From Gekko japonicus (Eukaryota), in NCBI RefSeq assembly GCF_001447785.1, contig NW_015165833.1:368382-432381 (forward strand): a DNA stretch of 64,000 bases, given 5' to 3'. Made by a program: the position numbers and the translations under genes. Below, piece by piece: positions 1 through 11,400 of the stretch. Numbering within the stretch: position 1 is the first letter of the stretch; the number at the start of each line of letters is the position of its first letter. The notes beneath the pieces were generated by a model. It was given only the letters and a program-made list of their open reading frames with translations, was not told where the DNA came from and searched no databases.

Positions 1-205
1 ATTAAAGTTGTGAGTGAGCGAGTTGGCTCCAGCATACATTACTTTGCTCTGGAGCCATCCTTCCTGAGCTAAGACAAAAATGTGTGAGCCGGAGGCTAAA
101 AAACTGAGCTAGGTCACACTAACTCAGCTTAGAGGGAACACTGCTGTCAAGTTGCAGGGTTTTCAAGGCATGGGACAAACAGGTGCTTTGCCACTACCTG
201 CCTCT

Positions 206-345
206 GGCTGCGGTCACACACACTAAATAGTCCACTCTCAATGTACTTTCCAACTGGATTTTACTGTGTAAACTGGCAAAATCCAGTTGGAAAGTGCATT
301 GAAAGTGGATTGAAAATGGATTATTTAGTGTGTGTAACCACAGCC
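206..345. mobile_element. Short palindromic MITE (relative at ~5687-5846)
   Basis: GGCTGCGGTCACACACACTAAATA...TATTTAGTGTGTGTAACCACAGCC foldback; interrupts a SINE. Confidence 0.7.
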
Positions 346-1777
346 ACTTGTAGCAACCTCAGACTTCCTTGGTAGTCTCCCATCCAAGGAGCATCTAGGG
401 CTGACCCTGCTCAACTTCTATGATCTGTCTGACGAGATCGGACTAGCCTGGTCCAGCCAGGTCAGGGTGAAATCAGTATCCAACTACCTTAATGAAATTG
501 GACAAATGCGTCAACAGCCAGTTTCCCCTCCCTAATGCCTTGAATCTGAGCCAGTGGACTACACCCCACTTGGCTTCATCCAACAACAGCAAGCAGAAAC
601 TATCTATAAACTCTTAACCAAGGAAAACATTTGCCCCTCATGCCTAGCCCTCTTTCCTTAGAGCCAGTACCTTCTGAGATGAATTTCCTATTGATTTTGT
701 CATGTTCAGCCAGCCTTGGAAACCCATGGGGACATAACTCAGATCGGTGCGCACCATGCAGAGAGAATCTCTTTGCAAGAGGAGTTCAGCCCCATCCCTC
801 CCTCCGCTGCATGTGTGAATGGGCCCTTGAGCTAAACCATCTCTGTTCCAGCACCACTCTACTTGTGGCCAAACTGGGCAGCTGCCTCCTGTGAGAGATT
901 TAAGAACAGTCTATCAGAGCTCTTTAGAGTTAACCTTTCCTGAAATTGCACTAGCAGTTCGGGTAGATTTTTCACTCTTTAATTTTAGATCCCCAAGCTT
1001 GTCTTCAGCAGCTCATTTCTTTGCTACTGGTGTCAGGGAAGAAGGAGCTGGGAACTGCCCCAGAGTTCTCAGCCCTTTCCTCTTCAGTACATCTGCCTAA
1101 GAACTATAGCTGGAAAGGGGCAGATGTGCCCATAGTGGCATATAACTATGAACTGGAGAAAGGATACCTGAAACTGTCTTATACTGAATTAAAAAGCATT
1201 GGTCCATCAATGTCAGTGTTGTCTACTCTGACTGATAGTGGCTGTACAGGGTCTCAGATTGAGCTCTTCATATCACCTCATTCCCGACCCTTTTAACTGG
1301 AGATGTGAGGGACTGGACCTGGGACCTTCTGTATGCCAAGGAGATGCTCTACCACTGAGCCACAGCCCCGCCACACAGGGCCACGCAAGACTCTTCATAG
1401 GTCTCTGGAAACAGAATATGGTGGGTCCCTTTCTTTGGTTGCATTATAGTCAACAGAGATCAGTCCCCCCTGAGAAAAATGGCTGCTTTGGAGGTTGGAC
1501 TCTCTGACATTATACCCCCACTAAGGTCTCTTCCCTCCCCAAGCCCCGCCCTCCCCAGGCCCCACCCACAAATCTACAGGAATTTCTAAACCCAGAGCTT
1601 GCAACCCTAGTGTGCTACATGAGCAGAGGCTACAATCTGAAGCATGCTTATTACAGAGTGATTCAGTGGGACAGACCTAGGATTGCACTAAGAAAAACAT
1701 AAGGATGAGACAGCGGAGGGCAGCTCACCTTCTCTGCAGGTTGATGAACAAGAATCTCCAGGAATTTACCAACCTGG

Positions 1778-1983
1778 CAATGTTCCCTCTAAGATGTGGA
1801 GTCTTGTGTGCAAAATTTCTGCTTTGTGAGCTACTGGCATTAAAGTTGTGAGCGAGCGATTTGGCTCCTGCATAAATTAGTTTGCTCTGGAGCCCTCCTT
1901 CCTGAGCTAAGACAAAAATGTGTTAGCCAGAGGCTAAAAAACTGTGAGCTAGCTCACACTCACTCAGCTTAGAGGGAACAGTG
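1778..1983. mobile_element. hAT MITE family A (~200 bp); a partial copy also at 1-143
   Basis: CAATGTTCCCTCTAAG...CTTAGAGGGAACAGTG TIRs; TSD CAACC(T/A)GG. Confidence 0.85.
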
Positions 1984-2344
1984 CAACCAGGAACTGGAAA
2001 CCCTGTAAGGATTGATCCTCAGACAGCCTGCAGAGCAGAGGAAAGTGTGGTTGTGAAAGCATCCTAGGGCATTAGGCTTGCCAACCTCCAGGTGGGACAT
2101 GGACCTCCCAGAATTACAGTTGATCTCCAAACTACATAAATCAGTTCCCCTGGGGAAAAATGGATGCTCTGGAGGTTGGACTCTGTGGCATTACGCCCTG
2201 CTGAGGTCCCTTCCCCTCACCAAAACCCGCCCTCCCCAGGCTCCGCCCCCCACAAATCTCCAAGAATTTCTCTACCCAGAGTTGGCGATCCTATATGGGC
2301 ATTTAAAGGAAACTTCATGATGAAAACCTCTGTTGTATTTCAGA

Positions 2345-2645
2345 CATTCTGAAAGGCAGAGACCAGGAATCAGGCAAATGTTGCCCCTGTCTTCAAAAAG
2401 GAGGATCTAAGAAACTACAGACTTGTCAGCCTGACTTTGATACCAGGTAATATACAAGGACAGATGACAAAACAGTCAAGACTGAAAGCATCTTGAAAAC
2501 AATCCACTGATTACAAGAAGCTGGCATGGATTTGTCAAGAATAAATCCCAGCAGACTAATCATATCATGTTTTTGATCTGGTTACTAGCCTAAATAGCTC
2601 ATGGGAATACCGTGGATGTAATAGATCTTGATTTCTGCTAGGCCT
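2345..2645 (+). mobile_element. Old CR1 ORF2 fragment
   Basis: Degenerate ANV.P.FKK...NYR.VSLT coding sequence. Confidence 0.6.
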
Positions 2646-3049
2646 TTTTAAAATTTATATTTTATTTCCAAATTTTCCAACAAACAAATCACAAACTGAG
2701 CAATAAAGCCAAAGAGGGGATATAGAAACCAATATAGAACCATAATAACAAATACAAAGTAATTCAGGAACAGAGATTGATAACAATGTGAAAGATAAAT
2801 TCAAAAGGCCAACATCATAAACAAGCTTTTAGCAAGTAAAAATAGAATAGAATTCTGATCAATGGTCAAAAATTAAATAGTTATGACTTTACAGAGTGAC
2901 TCTGCTAATAGCGTACATTTTCGGTTACATATTTTAAAAACACATTTTAAACAAGCTTTTACTAAGTGACAACAGAATTCTGACTAGACCTGTCAAAAAT
3001 TAAAACAGTTACAACTTTACAGGGCGACTCTGCCAATAGCATACATACA

Positions 3050-3512
3050 CAGGGCTTTTTTTGTAGAAAAAGCCCAGCAGGAACTCATTAGCATAATAGG
3101 CCACACCCAATAGCAGATACTCATTAGCGTATTAGGCCACACCCCTAACAGTGCAGTTCATTAGCATATTAGGCCACACCCCATGCCTTCCCTTGGCTTG
3201 CCTGGGCACCCTGCGGCTGCGGGGAGCCCGGGCAAGCCGGCCCTCGGAGGGGAGGGGAGGCAGTTTAAACTGCCTTCCCTTGGCTTGGCCGGGCAGGCCA
3301 GCCCTTGGAGGGGAGGGGAGGCAGTGGCTTGCCTGGGCGCCCCAGGAGCAGGCCCCCCCCTGGTCCGCCTGCCTCGGAGTCGCAGAGGGGGTCACTCTCC
3401 AGGCCTTCCCTCTGTAGCCATGCACACAGAGGTTTTGGCTGTAGTGGGCATGGCCAACTCTGAAGCCAGCCGGAACTCCGTTCCTGTGCGTTCCTGCCCC
3501 AAAATAGCCCTG
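3050..3512. mobile_element. hAT-type MITE
   Basis: CAGGGCT...AGCCCTG terminal inverted repeats (TIRs), perfect 8-bp TSD TACATACA, internal TTAGCAT..AGGCCACACCC repeats. Confidence 0.85.
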
Positions 3513-3629
3513 TACATACATATGACAACATTGTAATATTTTATGTATTTTATCATGAAAAGGAGTAGAGATGTTAATTTTATTAGATGTGTGCCTGTGT
3601 TAAAAGTGTCTATAAAAGTTAATGAGAAT

Positions 3630-3835
3630 AAAGTTTGAGTTCAGTGGCACCTTTAAGACCAACAGAGTTTAATTCTGGATATAAGATTTCATGTGCATAT
3701 GTACTTCTTCAGATGCCTTTCTTCAGATGCACACAAAAGCTTATACCCAGAATTAAACTTTGTTGGTCTTAAAAGTGCCACTGGATTCAAACTTCGGTCT
3801 GTTGCTTCAGACCAACACAGCTACCCACTGAATCT
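3630..3835. mobile_element. Penelope-like-element-derived palindrome (relative at ~33836-33995)
   Basis: Inverted arms AGTGGCACCTTTAAGACCAAC / GTTGGTCTTAAAAGTGCCACT around a CTGAAGA..GAAA motif. Confidence 0.6.
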
Positions 3836-5317
3836 ATAAAAGTCCATGTGGTTACAGACTTGCATTGGGTTCTCCCGATCTAGCCTCCCTGCCTAAAATT
3901 CTCTTTTGTCTTCCCCTTAGTGGGGCAAACTCCAAAAGAGACCTCCTTTGGCAATTCCTGCTTGGATGCTTCTGAGCTGCTCACCCCTCCTTGGTTTACA
4001 TCATCATGAAGCCCGGAAGGCCAAAGACACTGAGGCATCTGATAGTGCTTGCAACACAGGCTGCTTTAAACAGCTTTCCAAGTCCAAAGCCAGGCAGGAT
4101 TCAATTTATACAAGCAGCTCCTTGTTTATTTGAAGTCTACAAGCACACACACACCATACACATCAGTTGAATGACGCAGCGTCACCCTAAGCGCAAACAC
4201 ATGCTCGATCTCAACACAGTGGAGAAGCCCTGGCAACCACCCGGGCAGTGATGGCAGGGGAAAAGGACCCATGCCCTCACTTGCATGGCCTCTGCCCACA
4301 ATGAACTGTGCTTCTGATGCCTATGGCTTTCCCTGTTGCTATCAACCTATACTGGGGATATGTGAAGGGTGCATGTCATGGACAGGCTAGCGCATGGCTG
4401 AAAACCAGGGCCCTCCAGCCCATCCATCCTAGCGGCAGCTGTTTCAGGTTCAGCATTTCCAGGCTGGAGGGACCCCACACATCAGTCAAGGAAACTGTTC
4501 AGTGTTAGGCTTGCCAACCTCCAGGTGGGGTTAGAGATCTCTTAGAATTACAGCTGATCTCCAGACCATAGAGAACAGTTCCCTTGGATAAAATGGCTGC
4601 TTTGGAGGGTGGACTCTGTGGCATTATACCCCGCTGAGGTTCCTCCCCAGGCTCTACCCCCACAGGAATTTCCCAAGCAGGAGTTAGCACCCCTGTTTAA
4701 TGTACAGAGATGATCAGCTGCGCTCCACTCTCATCCACTCTCACTGAACTATGACATAATAAGTGTGTTTAGGATCGCAGCCTCTGTCTCATGTAGCACA
4801 GCTCTCCAGGCCCCACCTGGAGGTTGGCAACCCTGCAACACAGATCACATTACAGCACCAGGAATTCCATCTGGGAGCTCCTTGTTTTCACAAATCATCC
4901 TTGGAGGAAGCAGTCCAGGGATCTAGAGCAGCAGTGAGGAAAGAACAACAACAAGAAAAAACAACAAGGGTTTAACTTTCCAATTAACCCCCTTTCTGTT
5001 TCCCTTCCAGCTTCTTTAGTGCAAGCAGAGAAGCTCCACGCAGCTCCGTGCTCACTGTGCGCGGGCACCCCAGATGGGACTTTCCCTTGCAAGCTCTCAG
5101 ACTCCTTATGGGGACTGCAACCTAAGACCACCGTGGCCAAGACCCTGGCTTGCGAAGATGGTCTCTTATCAAGTGTCGTGTAAAGACTCGTGCTTCTGAT
5201 CCAGCCCCAAAGACATTAGGGGAAGGGGTGAGACACCCCCCCCCCACTTCTCCCACTTGTGGACCGGAGTCTGCCAGTCACCCTACCTTCGAGGGCCCAC
5301 GCTGCTGGGAAGTTACT

Positions 5318-5420
5318 ATGCAGCTTGGACTACTTATAGTGGTGGTTTTTCTAAACTCAGTGGATCTTACAGGCAGCGGCGGCAGTGGCAAAGCACTGAA
5401 AGGCAAGAGGCAAAGGCGAA
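5318..5420 (+). CDS. RSPO1: RSPO1 coding exon 1 (signal peptide, basic cleavage site)
   Basis: ATG 5318, [34 protein letters not shown]; donor AA|GTACGT. Confidence 0.93.
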
Positions 5421-8400
5421 GTACGTATGAGAACCCCTTTGAATGGCGAGCCACTCTGAAACAGGCCTGTGCTATGCTCTCCTTCTCTCAATACATTTGC
5501 AGGCATCTTAGGAGTCAGGGGTGACAGAAGACACCTGGAGGTCAGCAAGCAACAGAGAATCCACCCTTTGTGCTGTCTTGTATGGATCGGCATCATGGCT
5601 GGGATGGAAAGGGAAGTGCGGTCTTCAGGAAGCAAACCAGCCCATTTTCCTACTTTTCTAAATGAGCAGCCCTCATGTCAACCCAAAACTGCTTTCACAC
5701 ATGTTGGGTAATGCACTTTCAGTACACTTTAACAATCATTTGCAACTGGATTTTCTTTTTTCACACACAAAAAATCCAATTGGAAATTATTGCTATGCAT
5801 TGAAAATGCATTGAAAGTGCATTATCCAATGTGTGTGAAAGCAGCCTCAAGGCTTATGCGCCTAAATTTTATCGTAGCCATGTCTTTAGTGGGGAGGAAA
5901 GTGTGGGTTTAATAGTGCAGTGAGAAGCACCATGCTTGATCTGGAAAACCTTTTCTTAGGGTGATGCTCATAAAACCAGAAAGGGCAGTGTGTCTGTCTT
6001 ATGGAACGTATAGGTGAGGGATACGTTCTCTGTGTGTGTGTGAGTGAGGGCAGCCAATTTGGCGTACTGGTTAAGAGTGGTGGACTCTAATTTGGAGAAC
6101 CGGATTTGATTCCCCACTCCTGCACATGGGTCTTGGGTCAGTCACAGTTCTCTCAGAGCTCCCCACCTGCCTCACAAGGTGCTGTTGTGGGGAGAGGAAG
6201 GGAAGGCGATTGTAAGCCACTTCGAGACTCCAAGTGAAAGCAGGGTATAAATCCTCCTCCTTCTCCTTCTGTTGGACATTCTAAGATGTTCCAACCTCTG
6301 CTAAATACACGGGCTGTAGCCTATAGGATTCCAAGATAATCTGAAGGCCTTTTGGGGATCTCCACTGGAGACAACCTTCTTGCCCAAGACACCAAAGACC
6401 ATTTTTACAGGCTGGCTATTTGTAGTGTCTATGGTTGCCCACTTCTGGTTGGAAGATTCCTGGAGATTTGGGAACAGAGCGCTCAGCACAGGTGTGAGTC
6501 CACCATCCAACACAACCATTTGCTCCAGGGGAACTGATCTCTCCTCTTGGAGACTGATTGTTATTCCAGGAGATCTCCAAGGCCTCCCCTAGAGATGGCA
6601 ACCCTATATGTTTGTGGCCTTTGTGTGAGAAGAGGGTATAGGGCTTTAGAATGTTGCCCATGGCTGATGAGTAGTCCTGACAGGAGAGCAAATAGGAGAA
6701 TTCTGATGGTCAGGGCAAGTATAGCTTTTCCCTCTTTACAGCCATGCTGATCCAAAGTCAAAGAAAACAAATCACAATTCAGGTGAAGCACTGAAAGGCA
6801 AGAGGCAAAGACTAAGTACCCACTGAGTTCCCTCACCAAATCCCACCTCCCTCAGGCTCCACCCTCAATTCCCCCCCCCCAGAAATCTCTCAGGAATGTC
6901 CCAGCACTTGCTTTAGAGGAAAAATATATTTTACTAGGAATAAGACTTGTTGTGGAAATACATACAACGAGCTCTAGAAAGAGACTTTGGGTAGGTGCCC
7001 TGGCCTTGGGCACTCAGCGGCAATTTGCTGTGGCATCTTCAGCAGGGTATAATGACACAGAGTCCACCCTGCAGAGCAGCCATTTTTTCCAGGGGAGCTG
7101 ATCTCTGCCATCTGAAGAACAGTTGTAATTCTGAGTGATCTCCAGCCCTCCCCTGGAGATTGGTAACAATGGTTCCCCAGGAGGAAATGGCTGGTTTGGA
7201 GGGGGGAGTCTATGGCATTGTACATGTGTGAGGTCCCACCCCTCCACAAACCCAACCTTCCCCAAACTCCATTCCTCAAATCTCCAGGAATTTCCCAACC
7301 TGGAGTTAGCAACCCTATCTCAGTCCCAGCCAACCATCAGCTTACTATTACCTGCCCCTCTGACTTCAGCTTTCCATCCCCCCCCACCTGCAGCCTCTAT
7401 CTGGGAAAACTACAGTCTTTCTCCACATTGGGGATCCAAGCAAGAGGAAAACGACCTCAGCAGGGTATAATGACACAGAGTCCACCCTGCAGAGCAGCCA
7501 TTTTTTCCAGGGGAGCTGATCTCTGCCATCTGGAGAGCAGTTTTAATTCTACGTGATCTCCAGCCCTCACCTGGAGATTGGCAGCAATGGTTCCCCAGGA
7601 GGAAAAGTACGTCTTTCTCCGCAGTGGAGACCAAAGCAGCTTACATCATTCTCCTCTCCCCCTTTTGATCTGCACAACAATCCTGTGAGATAGGTTAGAA
7701 GAAGAAGAAGAGATTGGATTTATACCCCACCCTTCACTACCCAAAGGTGTCTCAGAGCGGCTTACACACTCCTTTCCCTTCCCCTCCCCACAACAGACAC
7801 CCTGTGAGGTAGGTGGGGCTGAGAGAGCTCTTGACAGAAACTGCTCTTTTTCAAGAACAGCTCTTATCAGAACTACGGCTTGCCCAAAGTCATCCAGCCA
7901 GGTGCAAGTGGAGGAGTGGGGAATCAAACCCGGTTCTCCCAGATTACAGTCCGCTCACTTAACCATTACACCAAACTGGCTCCCAGTTAGGCTGAAAGTC
8001 TGTGACTGGTCCAAAATCACCCACTCAACTTCCACAGCAAGAACCTGGGTCTGACAGACCCTGCTTTGAAGTGCTAACTGCTACGCCTAGGGTAGCCAAC
8101 CTCCAGGTGGAGCCTGAAGATCGCTGAGTATCACAACTGAACTCCAGACAACAGATCTGGAGGGTGGGCTCTATGGCATTCTATTCAGCTGAGGCCTCTC
8201 CCCTCCCCAAACTCTGGTTTTGGTAGATTCCACCACAAAATATCCAGGAATTTCCCAACCTGGAGCTGGCAACCCCTAGCCAGGACGGGCCCCAATGAGT
8301 TCCCCCAAAGGACAGGAAAGGGCCTCCTGTCTTTGGCTTTTTACTGACAGAACCAAGCTTGGTTGCCTAGCAACAGCCACTGAGGGAAAAGTCCCACAGG

Positions 8401-11400
8401 AGCCAAGCAGAAGTGTCTTCATCGGGATAGACAGCCGTTTTGGCAGTTTATTCTGTGACAGAAGAGTATCCAGGATGCCAATGGGAGGGGGAGAGGAGAA
8501 GACCCAGCATCCAGCCAATGGCACGCAAGTACTCTTGAGTGGCAGTTGATGGGCCAATGGCTGATGGAGTACACAGCACAGTCAGTGGGAGAGTTGGAAA
8601 TGGCCAACACGTTAGGGCAATTATATATATAGGATTAGGACCACCAAAATGACAGAAAACTGTGTGCGAGCTTTCAAGTCACCAGAATGCTTCTTCGGGC
8701 TGGATTAGGGTTGCCAATTCTGGATTTGGAAATTCCTGGAGATTTGGTGGAGGGGCCTGAGGAGGGCAAGGTTTGGGGATTGGCGGGAGCCCAGCAGGAT
8801 ATAATGCCATAGAGTTCACCCTCCAAAGTCACCATTTGCTCCAAAGGAACTGTCATCTGAACATGACTTGTAATTCCAGGAGATCTTTGGACCCCACCTG
8901 GAGATTGGCAACCCTAGGCTGGATATTATAAACTTAAAAGATAAAAACAGATTATTCAGACGATGATCTTAAAAGGTCTTTTCTTGCCAGCATCCCTGCC
9001 TACACAGTCACTGGGAGTACTCCAGAAATGCTTTTACATTCTTTTAAAAACAATAATGCAGCTGGAGAATTTGCTCTCTTTCTCAAAAATACTAGCTTGA
9101 TATGCCCTTGTAGAGGAATAGCACAGTGTGAGAAGGCACTGCCTCAGCAGGGACTTTTAACCCCCACCCCACACCCACATACAATTCAAGGTTCATAACA
9201 TGATGAAAGCCTTGCTGGGGGCTTAGGGCTCCTTGCCACTCAAAGAGAAGCACATCCGCCCTCCACCTAGCTGTGCCAGCCACCCAGACAACATTTGCAC
9301 CAGCACTGAACAGTGGCAAAGTGTCTTCTTTCTGCAGGTGCAAAAGGGTTGTGTTCTCAGTGCTCAGAAAATGTGCAACTAAAGGGTAACCTTAAGTAAG
9401 CCTGTGTGTAAAAATGGGAGTAGCCTTGACCTGGATGGGCCAGGCTAGCCTGGTCTCATCAGATCTTGGAAGCTAAGCAGGGTCATTTTTTTAGTAATAC
9501 TTGGATAGGAGACCAATGAGGAAGTCCAGGGTTGCTACACAGTGGCAGGCAATGGCAAACTACTCCTGAACCTCACTTGCCTTGAAAACCCTAGGGGATT
9601 AGATAGATTCATGGAGGGTGGCTCCTATCAGTGGCTACTAGCAATGTTGACCTAGGGGAACCTCCACATTCAGAAGCATGGAATCTCTGAATCCCAGAGC
9701 CAGGAGGCGACATCAGGGGAAGGCCTCGGCTTCTGTTCCCTGTTGTTGGCCATCCAGAGGAATTGGTTGGCCACTGTGTGAGACAGGATGCTGGACTAGA
9801 TGGACGATTGGCCTGATCCACCAGGGCTCTTCTGATGTTCTTATGGTTGTTGAGAAAGAAAGGGGAATATAGTGTAGACAGGCCTGGAAAATTCTAAAAA
9901 GACAGGGGAAGAATTCAGTTTCATATGGGGAACTGCTGCTTTAAAACATGAATGTATACAAGTAATGTCCAATACAGTCTGGAGCACCTGGTGCAGTGGC
10001 TGTTGCCAAACTCCTGGTGGGGCCCTGAGATCTCTCAGAGTTACAAATGATCTCCAGATGACAAAGATGAGTTCCCCTGGAGAAAATGGCTGCTTTGGAG
10101 GGTGGACTCTATCGTGTTATAATTCTACTGAGATCCCCTCCCCAAATCCCACCTTCCCCAGGCTGCACCCCCAAATCTCTAGGAATTTCCCAACCCAAAG
10201 TTGGTGACTCTACTTGTGACTGTTGTCATTCACTGGGGCCAGGCTGACGATTGGTGCTGAGGTTGTCCCAATAATGGCATGTCATAGAAGCCCTTGGGAG
10301 CATTCTGCCTTTAGTAGAATTCCTGCCTCCCCCCCCCCCAAGAAATCTCTCAGGAATGTCCCAGCACTTGCTTTAGAGGAAGAATAAATAATGTGTTTAA
10401 AATAAAGTCCAAAAGATGTTGACTGGCTATAAACAAAAGGCAATGCTTGCATAACTAACCAGTATAAATAACCTGAGACGGTTTGTTTAAAAACCAGGCC
10501 CAGTTGTCTGTGGTAATTGATACCAGAAAGCAACTTAGACATAGAACTGGATGTTTTGGTTGGCCAAAACAGAAAGGCCCGAGTGAGTCTGTGCCCAGAA
10601 CTGGCCTTTTGCCCCAACAATGAGAAGTTGGAGTGTGAGCAGGATGGGGGCAGGGGAGTGATGTTACAGCTATGCAGCCTCTTTCAGAAAGGGCTGGCCA
10701 ACTCTTCCTGAACCCTTGCGGGTAGTGAACTGAAAGAGTGACTCCAGAGGAACCTGGCAAAGGCTGCGTGCTCCACTCAGCTCCCTTTCTTGTATAACAT
10801 CTGCTGTTCCTTGGTTGCCAACTCTGGGTTAGAAAATTCCTGGAGATTTGGGGGTGACGGAAGGGGAGGAAAAGGTTTAGGAAAGGGAAAGACCTCAGTG
10901 GATTATAATGCTCTAGAGTCCACTCTCCAAAACAGCCATTTTCTCCAGGGGAACTGATCTCTGTACTCTGGAGATCAGTTTTAATTCTGGGATATCAAAT
11001 TCTGGGAGATCTATATCCCAGCCACCCAACTTTGCTCCCCTCCCATCCCATACTCCCACAACAGTAAAGGATTAGAAACTGCCTTTTCTTTGCTGGAGGG
11101 TGGAAGTAGGGTTGCCAGCTCCAGCTTGAGGAACTCTTGGAGACTGGGGGGCAGAGCCTGAGGAGGGGAGAGTGGGGAGGAGCAGAGAGGCCAGGGAGTA
11201 TGCGATTCCATAGACTGCCCTCCAAACCAGCCATTTTCTCCAGGAGAACTGATCTCTGTAATCTGGGAATCAGATGTAATTCCGGGAGAACTCCAGGCTC
11301 CACCTAGAGAGCAGCAAACTCTATGTGGAAAGGCTGCACTAGGAACTAGGAGCCTCAGCAAGCCAGCCAGAGTTCATCAGCCAGAGCTGTAATCTCCTGG

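Noticed and set aside
2819-3046. ~100-bp degenerate tandem duplication
   Set aside because: Lies in an AT-rich, probably LINE-derived segment; no sign of function.
3081-3190. Spaced short direct repeats resembling a CRISPR array
   Set aside because: Three subterminal repeats inside a hAT MITE in a vertebrate genome.
9424-9597. 5S rRNA genes (here and at similar sites)
   Set aside because: Partial, diverged, dispersed and fused to a SINE tail; these are SINE heads.
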